Origin: Intoshia linei
Lineage: Eukaryota > Animalia > Orthonectida
Reading direction: 5' to 3'
Assembly: GCA_001642005.1 (NCBI GenBank)
Contig: LWCA01000193.1
Location: 1-41,636 of the forward strand
Length of the DNA stretch: 41,636 nt
Under the pieces are notes generated by a model. The model did no database searches, was not told where the DNA came from, and worked only from the letters and a program-made list of their open reading frames with translations. This document shows positions 26,496-41,636 of this stretch, piece by piece; the stretch's first letter is position 1, and each line of letters begins with the position of its first letter. A program made the position numbers and the translations under genes.

Positions 26496-27674
26496 TATTT
26501 ATATACGTCACGCTTCATCTAGTTATATATTAATAGTTATCGTTTTATTGCTCTTGGAAACAGTTGCCAGAAAACTGATCTGCGGAGCAAATTTGAAAAG
26601 GAACTTTGAAAAAATACAATTATTACAATTATGCACAATATTTTAATATAATCTTAGATTATTAATCCATAATCTCTATTGTTTCACATTGAAGGAAGTG
26701 ATTTAAATTGTTTATACGCGATAACTAATTTTTCTGTGCTATAATTATAATTAATCGGAACAAGAATACTTTGATTATGATTAGTGTTAATTACACTAAA
26801 CTATGCAATCCTATTAGGTTAGGCATCAAAGAGACTTTAATTATTTTTATTCCTTTGACTAATATTTAATTCACGAAATCATTACTTCGCCGGTTCTTTT
26901 TTCTAAATATAAAATTGGATATTTTCTTTTGGGTTGGATGCAGTGATTTTGGCTCGTATAGTTTGGTAGAATTGGATTTTTCCTTGAGATATTAAAAAAA
27001 ATTAATATTAGACGAAATTCTTCATTCTCCTGAAATATCAAAATGACTGATTATTTAAACTGACGGTAACATGCATATTAATTAACGTTTGTAAATAAAC
27101 ATTTTCTAATTTCTAAAATGTTCCAGAAAAAAATCATTAGTAAAAATAGTAATCTAATATTTTAACTTGTTAGAATGACATTTTGAATCAATAATAATTA
27201 ATTATTTAAATTGAATTTGATTTGTAACATTGTACAATATGGAAAATATTTGTAATATTTATTTATAAATAAATTACAAAACGGTTTAAAATTTTATAGA
27301 TTTAATGGTACATCAATTAACCTATTGTTAAGATAAAAACAATAAAACACCATGATTATACGGTTGATAAAATCCGGATAAATATATAACTGTATCAAAG
27401 CCGAAAAAATAACTGACATTTAATTGTAAACTGCATAAGCTCATTAATTATATGTAGTTACAATTATAATAATTGTATCTATGGGCCAATGGATAAAATT
27501 GGACAGTATAAGATGTTAGCGTGTAAAATTTGAATCTATATCTTACTTACTTAGTTGCTATATCTTACATAACGTTGACTTGTAGTTAACATTCATTTTC
27601 AAACTTTAATACATTATACAGTATATTGTATTCCATTTTAATTTTTCGATACATATCTAAATTCAATTTAAACT

Positions 27675-27961
27675 ATGGATTTTATGTCAATCAAACAGTA
27701 TGGTTACAATTTTTCATTTATACTTATTAGTATCTTTTCTTTGATAGCATTGGTTATATTAGGTAATTTTATTTGCATGTTCAAGATATTTATCTTAAAT
27801 TTCTAGGATGGTATATTGTCTGGAAATGTTTTCTACAAAGATACAAATTTTTCAGAGAATTTCCCAAATTCGTTGAAAAAAATTTGACAAACAAAACACG
27901 CACCTCCAGAAAGGAAAACACTGTTAAAAGTAAATATAATTTAAGAAACAGAACTTTGTAA
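27675..27961 (+). CDS. SMIM13: Small integral membrane protein 13-like, 2 exons
   Basis: TM segment followed by GWYIVWKCFLQRYKFFRE; intron 27763-27806. Confidence 0.8.
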
Positions 27962-27986
27962 TTACGAATATGATACAATTAAATGT

Positions 27987-29068
27987 TTATTTTTTTTCTT
28001 GATTCACTAATTGACTTGCTTCTTTTTTTACAGCACTTAGGAGGACCTGTGATGTTTCCAGAATCTAAATTCATTTTTAATACAAGATATTAAATGGATA
28101 GTTAAAGTAGTCGTTTAAATCAGGTAATCCCAGAATAAGATTCTAAAAATCAGTGGTAAAGTAAATTTAAGTATCATTACATCGATTTTCGGTGATACAA
28201 ACGTGAGACCCATATTATGTATTGATTATACTCAAGATTTTAAGGTTTCATGAACCCAATAACCAAAGTTAATGATGAGAGTAAGGATTACATTGGTTTT
28301 TGTTCAAATAAAGTCGCATTAATGACCAAACGGAATATTATAAGGTTTGATGGACACAACAACCAAAGTTAAGAATGAGAGTCAAGAGTAGATTAGTTCT
28401 CGTTCATATAAACTTGAATTAATGACCAAACGGAATATTATAATGTTTAATGGACACAACAACCAAAGTTAAGGATGAGAGTCAGGAGAACATTGGTTAT
28501 CGTTCAAATAAAGTCGCATTAATGATAAAACGGAATATGGTAAAGTTTTATACCCAACAACCAAAGCTGAGCAGATAATGATTTTTCTTCAAGGAAACAC
28601 GATGGTGCATGAAATTTAATTTAATTTAATTTAACATTTATATTTACTAAACACTGTTTACTGACTATACTAACCAAAGTTAAGAATGAATGTTAGGTAC
28701 ACAATAAATGTTAAAAAAGATATTTAGAATGTTGGATTCTCGCGTCACCTTGTTATATTAAGAACCACTGTCTGAAATGAAACAGTGTTATGTTTTATGA
28801 TAACAATCAGTAAATTTACCTTCATATAAGCTGCCTCGTTTTCTGAGATAATTCGATCAAATTCATTACAAATATTAATTTTGCTGCATAGATTTTCATT
28901 AACTTTGGCAATTTTTTGACTTAAAACAGCGATATCATTTTCGAGTTTTTGTTTTTCTGTTTCGTCGTCTAAAATTTCGCGTTTCAAATCATCCCTCTTG
29001 TGGCACAATTCTTCTATGCATTGTGTAAATTCGTTATTATAAGAATGTAATGAAGTCTGTTGAGACAT
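27987..29068 (-). CDS. SSNA1: SSNA1/DIP13/NA14 centriolar and ciliary coiled-coil protein, 2 exons
   Basis: MSQQTSLHSYNNEFTQCIEELC...EAAYMK spliced to ILETSQVLLSAVKKE. Confidence 0.92.
28261..28570. repeat. 100-bp tandem repeat (about 3 units) in SSNA1 intron
   Basis: AACCAAAG(T/C)T recurs at 28261, 28361, 28461 and 28559, and the units align over their length. Confidence 0.9.
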
Positions 29069-29199
29069 TTAAAATTTAGGGGAAAAAATTTAATATTTTA
29101 CAATTCTGAATTGTTGTTTAGATTTCTATAACATTAATATAGCAATTTAACACCAACGGTTATATATTAAAATATTATAAACTTTGACTACGTTGGTTT
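29069..29199. promoter_or_regulatory. Putative bidirectional promoter, SSNA1/CDK20
   Basis: 131 bp between divergent ATGs. Confidence 0.55.
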
Positions 29200-33537
<4,338 letters not shown>

Positions 33538-33557
33538 ATCCAAATAGGATTCCAATT

Positions 33558-36224
33558 TTATTCCTTCTTAGATTTATTAAATTTTATACATTGTAAAATA
33601 CACAAACCGAATATTTTAAATTTAGAATAAGCAGCAATAAAAAATCGCACGTAAATATGCTTCATTTTGCTCTCATCCTCGATTACTTCTATACATTTTG
33701 TGCATATTCTATGAACAGTGTTGATCGATAATGCGAGAATAGTACATGTTAGACATAGAACATTATATGGCATGGTAAAGTCGGGTGTAGGTAAATGTAA
33801 CACAAATGCTTTAGAATATTGTACTTTGTTGATAATATTGGATTCATTATTCGATATCTGTTGTAAAAATAATGTAACTGGAGGCAAAACAAATCCTCTA
33901 TAAGCATCCGGAGGAAATTCATCAAATTTTAAAAATTTTCGCTTAATCTTGATTTTAAATTTAACTTTACCACATGACGTGACTCTGAATTTCAATTTCA
34001 AATATCCCATACTAGACTTTCGTTGAGGCGGTGAATAGTATATGATATCTAAATGTAAATTTAAAAATATTAAAATATAAAAAGATTGCGCTAAAATCTT
34101 GTAATTAACAGGTAATATTTAAGATAAATTTATATTGATAAAATCGTGGCAACTATCTTGGTTATGATTTGGCTCAAAACGATTACATTTTTACCAGGTA
34201 ATATATTAATTTTTTATTCAAAAATGAAATTCAAAGACAAAATTTTACAATCAAGGTAATTCATTTATTTAAAGCAAAAAATTTACAAATCAATCTTACA
34301 ATTTACGGGATTTTCACTTTTTTAATTGAGGCAAGGACAGCTTAAACCTAAAGGTTAAAAGTTTAAAGGTTTAAGCTGTCCTTGATTGAGGTAGAGTAGT
34401 GGTTTGATAAAATTACCAATAATAAATTAAGATTAGGAATGACATGATTTTCAATAAAATAAGATAATTAAAATAATTTCTTGGCGCATAAGAAAATAAT
34501 CTATTTCAAGTTAACATAAATTACGAAATTTTTACCACATATTGTCAACCTCCAAAAAAAGAATTTTGAATTTTTATAAAAATTTTAAAACCATAGTAAA
34601 ATTATTCTGAAAAAATATTAATGTGAATTGAAAATCTTAATAATACACACTAAAAAGTATTGCTTTTAAATACATATCATACAAAAAAATACCGTAATAT
34701 ACATCCTCCTTCTCAGATACTTTAGATTCATCACAGTAAACATAAATGGAATGCAAATAAAAATCAGCAATCCAAGGTATACCAAGCAGTAATTGAATAT
34801 GATAAAATAAATCAATTGTATCATGAGTAGAAACTTTAGATATTGGATAAATAGAACATTCAATATAATTTTTATCATGCAAATGGCCATTCAAATTACA
34901 TTCAAAATCAACCCATAGAATATTTTGGAAAGACTGCATCTTAAGAGGGGCTAAATAAATTTCTGTCAATTTACCTGTTTCTAAGCTAGCAATTCTATTT
35001 AATTTGACACTTTTTAAATTGTAAATAATTAACATTGTGGTTCCTGAATTTACAGGGTTAATGCTGGAATAATACAGATGAATTGGATTCAATACAGTAA
35101 ATGTTGACATTATGTTATGTTTAGAATCAAAACAATGATTTTGAAAGATATTTTTAAGTTCCATTCTTTCAAAAATGTCAAAGTTTGGTTCTTTAGATGT
35201 TACATACGTAAATAGTGATTCTTTCGTCCATGGGCAACTCTTTTTAATACTTGATTTGAAACGATTTTCCAAATTCAACAAATTTTCTAAATGATAATAA
35301 ATTTTATAGTACGGATAACATCTTTTAAAAAAATAGTCAAAATATACAATTTTTAAAATAATTATTTTGCAAGTATAAATAAAAACCTTTATTTAATTTT
35401 TCTTCCAAAACAATTCGCATATCAATTTTAATGAAATTCTGAAAAATAATAAAATTATAATTTACCTAACATTAGTTAATAAAATGGATTCTAATAAAAA
35501 AATGTAACCTGGTTTAAAGAAAGGTATAGGGAGCTATAAAATGAATTCAAGAGATTAATAGATTTGATCAAAGAAGAGACACCTTCTTTACCATAGCATG
35601 GTAAAAGTTTGATAAAAGTTGAAAAATTTTCCTTACACGTAGATTCATCAGTATTAAATGTATGCCAAGTTATAAAATTTTCTTTATTTTCACCATTTGT
35701 GGTTAAATGGGATTCCAATGTTTCATAAAATTTAAAAAAATTATTAGAATTTGTTGAAACACAAAATAGTGTCCCCAATATACGATGTATAATTTCAAAG
35801 TTTCTAAATTTAGCAATAAGAATAATGATTTTTACTCTTTGTTACTCTTGTGATGATATTGCTTTGATATAAGTTCCAATAGGCAAATCAATATCCATTG
35901 AACCCCATTTTTTCTGATTCCATCTACCCCTCGTAAGTGCAAATTCAACTGGCCATGCGTCAATATACTCTTCAATTTTATATTTAAAATCCTGTAATAA
36001 ATGTTGTTGATTTTCTAGATTTTAAAATGTTAAAAAATTTACATTACACATTTACCCAAAGTAGAGGAAATATTGAATGAAAAATGATAATAAACAAATT
36101 TTGATGATAACTGTTGCACGTGTAAATGCTCCGTGTCCAATTGAAGGCTTACATAAAAATTTGGTAACATCAAAATAAATATCCAAACATGGAATATAAA
36201 TTCAATTTTTGATTTTGTTTTCAT
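33558..36224 (-). CDS. PIGT: GPI transamidase component PIG-T
   Basis: Signal peptide, LTRGRW, LGTLFCVS, ESTCKENFSTFIKLLPC, EFPPDAYRGF and LPTPDFTMPYNVLCLTCT followed by a TM segment. Confidence 0.9.
34332..34384. mobile_element. 53-bp miniature inverted-repeat element (P-like ends)
   Basis: Perfect 18-bp TIR CAAGGACAGCTTAAACCT; perfect 7-bp TSD ATTGAGG. Confidence 0.8.
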
Positions 36225-37835
36225 TTTCTACAATCAAAATTTGTAAATTCAACCATAGCAATTTTTATCTCATTGTTAGTTTTTATCATAAATCCATGGA
36301 TTGATGATTTTTTTTATTCATTATTTGGTCAGTTTATTAGGTAATCCAAGGATATTCAAAATGTTAGATACATGAACCTTAGGATCAGTGTCCTATTTTC
36401 AGTACTTTTCTGATAATGCTCATGATTTTAACCCATTGAGACCTTTTGACACATTAATGCGTCATTTGTATTTTATGCATTGTGACTAAATGAGGCATTT
36501 TTGCGTCAAAACGATTTGCCACATATTATTCATTAAACATCAGTTCATATTAAAATACAAAATTATCATAATCAAAATTGTATATAAATAAATTTTATCC
36601 TTATTAATTAATGTTTTATTCGAGTTTAGTATAATTTTGATTAATTAAAATTTAAATTACAATTAATTAAGTAATAATAATTAAAATTAAAATTCTAGGG
36701 TTGATTTTATTATTCATTAAAAAAAAGTTAATTTCAATTTTTTTGCCCTGAAAAACTCAATTTCTGAAAATGAAATTTACATAAATTTTTTTAAATTTTT
36801 AATTTTATATAAGTACGTTCTTATGTGTCATACATATTAACTGAAAATCTGTAAGAATCGCCAAGTTGGGTGATATCATTAATTTAAAAAATAAATATTA
36901 GAATTAGTAAATTAAGTCTCGAATTTTTTTTTGATAAAAATCTTACACCCTCAAAACAAATGGGCCGTTAAGTTATTTTTGAAATGGTGCATGGAATTTT
37001 TTAAGAGTGAAAGAGATGGATATAATAAAAAAGAGTGAAAAACAATGCTCTAAGTAAAAAGGTATTTCATTTATGCCTTTTTAATAATTATAGCTGCTCA
37101 AATTAAAATGTATGATATCGTTTTCAAATTTTAATGTTTTTTAAAGATTTCAAAGAGTATTAAAAGATTCAAGAGTTTTACAAGAATATTTTATAAAGCT
37201 ACATTTAAATATATTTACCATTAAAATGTACGATACATTTAAATATTTTGCTGCTCGTTTTAGGATTTAAAAAGTATCGTTTTTAGTCTACTCTAGTCAA
37301 AAGATTGTAATAAATAAAGCTTACAAGTACAAAAAATTAATTTTTGTATATATTTTCTAGGAATTTGATTGGCAAGACTGACAAAATACGAGAAAACGTT
37401 TGTACAATGATATTAAAATTCAAAAATAGGATAAAAAATCTAAATTGTGTAATAAAAATAAAAATGCATAATAAATCATTATGATTCAAAATTATGTCAG
37501 TAATTTCAAATAAAAATAAAGTACACAATCAAAAATAATCTTTCAAATATGTTAAAAAGCAAATAAATCAATAAATCAATAAAACATAATTTCAACATTT
37601 TGGAATCAATTATACACCATACACATAAACAAATCACGTAAATAATTATCATAAAAATGAGAAATAAACTCACAAACAATAAAAAATTTTGGATCTTTTT
37701 GGATTTAAAATCAAAACACACAAATCTCCATAGAAAAATCAATAGACAATAAACACGATAAAAATTTCTCAAAATTAACATAAATAAAATAACTAGGAAT
37801 CGTAACTACAAAAAATTGTTAAAATTTTGTAAGAG

Positions 37836-37849
37836 ATTGTCATAGCAAC
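37836..37849. promoter_or_regulatory. Candidate RFX X-box
   Basis: ATTGTCATAGCAAC fits the consensus RYYNYY-WW-RRNRAC. Confidence 0.35.
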
Positions 37850-37961
37850 GAATACATTACATAAAGAATCAACTAGTGCCTACGTAATAGATTACATATA
37901 AATCTAATTCATAAAAATAATTTAATATTTTCATTAGATTAAAGCAACTTTAAATTTTTAA

Positions 37962-38567
37962 TTCAAAATTGATAGAAAAGTATATAAAAGGGGTTACATT
38001 GGCCGCCCGTCAAATCGACGAGATGGATATTATTCAGAAAGATTTAATACCTCTGGATATGGACGTAATAGACATTATCAACATTTACCTGAAAGATTTT
38101 CTAATTACCCACGCGGCCAACGACCCAGGTTTAAACATAACAACAAAAAATATCAAATTTCACCATTAATGGGTAAAAACTACCAAACTCATAAAATAAA
38201 CCAACTAAAAATTCAAAAAAAGGATTCTTCTGATATTGAATCTGAAAGAACGACCGGTGTGATTAAAATAACCGAAAAAAATCGTAAAAATTTTATTAAA
38301 AACGTTACCAAAATTTTATCAAACCTTTCAAAAGATGAGTTAATTCAGAAATGCATTACTCTTATTACAAACAATTCAACGTATATACCCAGCGCTCTTG
38401 TTTTACCAGAGGGGTTTGATGAACAAATTGATTTGGAACAAAATTTTTCATTCTTAGAATATCTTGAAAATCAAACACCAACTCGATCACCATCTATATC
38501 CGACAGCGAGTATGTCCCGGCCATGGAATACGGCATTGCTACGCCTTCATATACAGGTCAAGATTAA
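37962..38567 (+). CDS. Orphan protein; first ATG at 38169, but the frame is open from 37962
   Basis: 201 stop-free codons with an R/G/Y-rich N-terminal part and an acidic tail; the stop lies 62 bp from the convergent gene. Confidence 0.6.
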   Translation, partial: FKIDRKVYKRGYIGRPSNRRDGYYSERFNTSGYGRNRHYQHLPERFSNYPRGQRPRFKHNNKKYQISPLMGKNYQTHKINQLKIQKKDSSDIESERTTGVIKITEKNRKNFIKNVTKILSNLSKDELIQKCITLITNNSTYIPSALVLPEGFDEQIDLEQNFSFLEYLENQTPTRSPSISDSEYVPAMEYGIATPSYTGQD

Positions 38568-38629
38568 TTTATAATTTTGTACATATTGTAAAATTTTATT
38601 AAATTTAAATAATTTATTTTGTAGATGTT

Positions 38630-41533
38630 TTACAATATATTCTTGACACTCAATTTTTCAATCAACATTTTTGTGAAGGCAGCCGCGTTTACCGAAGCGT
38701 TTGGTTCCCATTTACCGGATATTCCAATTTTGTATTCATAGTCGGATATACCTATTTTTACATTAGTAAAATTATTAATGTATTTCTAATTTTGAAAAAT
38801 ATACAAAATACCTCTTATGATTATAAAATGTTCCTTTCTGTTTCCAAATATGGATTCAATAACTTGATCAAATTCATAATCTAGAGCTCTACAATTGTAC
38901 TTTTCTATAAATTTATCCAAATTAGATTTATCGTTCATCAATTGACGAGCTGATCCAATCACTCCCAAATGAACCCTGGGATCATGTACACTTAAATCTT
39001 TTTTACTGGGCTTTTGTGGGTGTTCAACCTATTATTTTTTTTTAGTACATTATAAACTCGTTTTGCACACCTACTTTTGAAAAATTCTCATCAACCTAAT
39101 TTTTTACTGAATTATTTTAATAATAGATATAAGGGCGCACTATCAAGAGATCGTAAAAATATACTAATATTAGAATTTATAATTGAATTGGATAAAAAAA
39201 TATTCTATGGTGTCCACACCAGAAAATATTTTTAATTTTTTTGTAATATGGTTTGTAGGTTTAATATCTTAATATTTCAGTTTTAACTTGGTTCTGTAGA
39301 TCTACGATCATATATTAAAATTAAAATTAATATTAACTACGATCATTTGAACGGACACAGATTATAGGAGCATCACTAATAAAGAAGTTAAGGGAATATA
39401 ATTCTGAATTAATTAATGAAGTCGTGTTTTGTATAAAATTAAATTCAGTAAAAGCATCACATTGAAATAAGACGGAAATACATAAACATCTTAAATGTTA
39501 TTAGCAAATAAATTATAACTTATTACATTCCATTCTATACACGTTTTTGAAACTTAAATTGTGAAATATTTTAGTTTACATCTCAATTTAAAAATAAGTG
39601 CCACAAAACGGAGGGTGCACCAAATTTAGGTTATACTGTACAATTAAAAGTAAATTAATACCTCTACAAAACTACCATCCATTTCAATTTGTAATAAATC
39701 ACTACCAATGGGTGGTGCAAAGTTTTGATTGGTTTGAGTTGATGCTAAATTTTTTAAAACTACCATAATTTCACTTTTCCAATTTGTAGAAAAAGCATCA
39801 CTAGTGATTAAATTGTTGGCTAAATCGACAAGATCATTAGAAGGTAATTTCCAAGATTTTACAGTGCAGTTTTTATCCAGATTAAACTCTTCTTTATCTT
39901 CGTCTTCATTTACACGATATTGCTCACAGAGAATGTAGATATCTGTTTGCGAAGAACTACTATTACATTTTGAATCATATATTCCATTTTCTTTTATATA
40001 TACATTCGAACACGAAACAACAACATCACTACGTCGAATATGGTTATAATAATCTGCGTAATGAGGAACTCCACCACAAACACCAACTAATATTACATAA
40101 GTTACAGAATCAAAAGTTCCCAATAATCGGGTGGTAGTATTAGCTGAAGCGATTTGGGCCTTTCGTATTTTTCCAACCATCGGCAATTTAGTAGTAACTA
40201 CACAAATAGACCCAATCCTGCCTACAGTGTAGGCATTTGATTCACCTTCTTTTTTGAATTGAGCAAAAGATAATTTATCTTCCATGATAGCTTCAATAGC
40301 CAACTTTTCACAATATTTAGATGTTATAATTGCTACAACAGGCTTTTTGCCACCAAGGTTATCATTTATGGTTTGATAGTCTTGCGATTTTTCATCTTCT
40401 TCAGTATATCTGATGTAGTACCCTTCAGATATTTCTTTAATTAATTTTTCCTTGATCAATTTAGCTATAATTGTTCGAAGCATATCCTCGCTCATGTTTG
40501 TACGTTGTTTGAGCACGTTTAAACTCAAATTATTAGGGTACGCCATTTCAAATAAGCTCAAAACTTCATCGTAGCGCTTGACTTGATCTGTCCGATTGTC
40601 TGCGTTTTGTACTACATTTGCTTCATCTGGGTGCATTTGCTTAAACTTTATTAATATTCGATTAATAGAATAAAATTTTGTACATGTTTTCATCAATACA
40701 ATGGCTTTTTTGATAAAATCGGTATAAACTAAAATAATCACATTAAAAATATTAAATAGTGACAGATAAGTTGATAATTGGTATATGAGTAATTAACCCA
40801 TAGGTAAGGTGCTTTTCGCATTTTTTCGGAGGGACACTTAATCATTTATATTATACACTAGGTTGACTGTTATGTACTACGTACAAACAGCATCTAGCTC
40901 TGTCGAGGGCGGATATTTTTAATTCTACCAAAAAAATAAATTCAATAAGATCTAACTTAAAAATGATACTATTCATTATTATATATATCAATTATGTTGT
41001 ATATACTTTATTATACCTATAATTATAAGACTTTATAATTTTTACAACTAAGGGTAATTTGGGGTTTTGGCCGTGAAGATATAAGATGTTGAAATTGAAA
41101 ATTATCATAATGTTGATAAATTTAAAATCTTTATCAGATTATGTATCTTATAATTCTAGGTCTGATTTGAATTAAAAAATAAGACAATGGGGTTTTTAAC
41201 ATTGAAAGATTGAATTTCTGAAAATGAAATTTGTGATAAAACGTGATAATCAAATTTTTTTTGCTGGAATAGTCCCCAAAAAAATGTCGTGACGCACCTA
41301 CTTTTGTCTTGCCACGTATTACAGCGTCGCAGCGCAAGGTTTGGGAATCAATTTAATTGTTGGTAAATACTCTATTATAATTATCAAATACTATATTTAA
41401 ATATTAATATATAAAAATAACTTTTTGGCAAATTTTCCAATGAAACTAATTCTCTAAAAAAGTCATAAGCTTCTTTAACTTGTGTATGGTAATCTGTGTT
41501 TGGTTTAAACCAAAATAATAACGTTCTTCGTTC
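38630..41533 (-). CDS. Winged-helix + nucleoside phosphorylase (PNP_UDP_1-type) domain protein; 5' end beyond the window
   Basis: Exons 41533-41422, 40728-39662, about 39028-38812 and about 38751-38630. Motifs VAIITSKYCEKLA, YTVGRIG, ILVGVCGGVP, DVVVS and IIIRGISDY...NAAAFTK, preceded by a helix-turn-helix plus wing pattern. Confidence 0.8.
39048..39638. mobile_element. Degenerate Tc1/pogo-like MITE
   Basis: TA flanks; imperfect TIR CA(T/G)TATAA...TGCAC. Confidence 0.45.
40858..40980 (-). mobile_element. Helitron-like 3' end (copy 3)
   Basis: Aligns with 177-300; CTAG followed by T on the minus strand, with an upstream TGTAC/GTACA hairpin. Confidence 0.55.
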
Positions 41534-41584
41534 CTACATAAAAAAATAAATTAAATTTTAGTTGTAATGTTAATATATTATATA

Positions 41585-41636
41585 CAGTGCGCGACATAAG
41601 TCTTAGGCACCCCATTGTAATTAATTTAAACACTCC
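41585..41636. mobile_element. Left end of a Tc1-like element, running off the window
   Basis: TA + CAGTGCGCGACATAAGT...GCACCCC resembles Tc1 TIRs; the partner end is not visible. Confidence 0.4.

Noticed and set aside
28261-28570. CRISPR-like array or tandem C/D snoRNAs
   Set aside because: The units are similar along their whole length (no unique spacers), there are no cas genes, and the box-like motifs are antisense to the host gene.
37969-38171. TAATG stop-start coupling of two ORFs, suggesting a viral or operon-like arrangement
   Set aside because: The upstream ORF lies in an alternative frame of a region that is also open in the downstream ORF's own frame; a single gene is more parsimonious.

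Overview
Very AT-rich, intron-containing eukaryotic (animal) genomic DNA. The ORF track fragments it because many introns are only about 35-45 nt. By splicing GT-AG introns by hand I reconstruct 15 protein-coding genes: ACTMAP/C19orf54-like (-), divergent ORC3 (+), SNX3/12 (-), DNAJA (+), FAM183/CFAP144 (-), CCDC153/DRC12 (+), BMS1 (-), PHAX (+), a boudin-like Ly6 protein (-), SMIM13 (+), SSNA1 (-), CDK20 (+), PIG-T (-), an orphan (+) and a winged-helix/PNP nucleosidase-domain gene (-). There is also one 5S rRNA gene inside a CDK20 intron, plus many non-autonomous DNA transposons (hAT/Buster-type, Tc1/pogo-like, P-like, Helitron-like ends). The most striking feature is the architecture. All 15 genes alternate strictly in strand. 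Convergent pairs are 20-62 bp apart, with one 581-bp exception and one 26-bp CDS overlap, and AATAAA often overlaps the stop codon. Gene content, AT richness and intron size suggest a reduced animal parasite genome such as an orthonectid (Intoshia), which is an inference. Gene identities come from recognised motifs, not database searches, and exon boundaries are manual.
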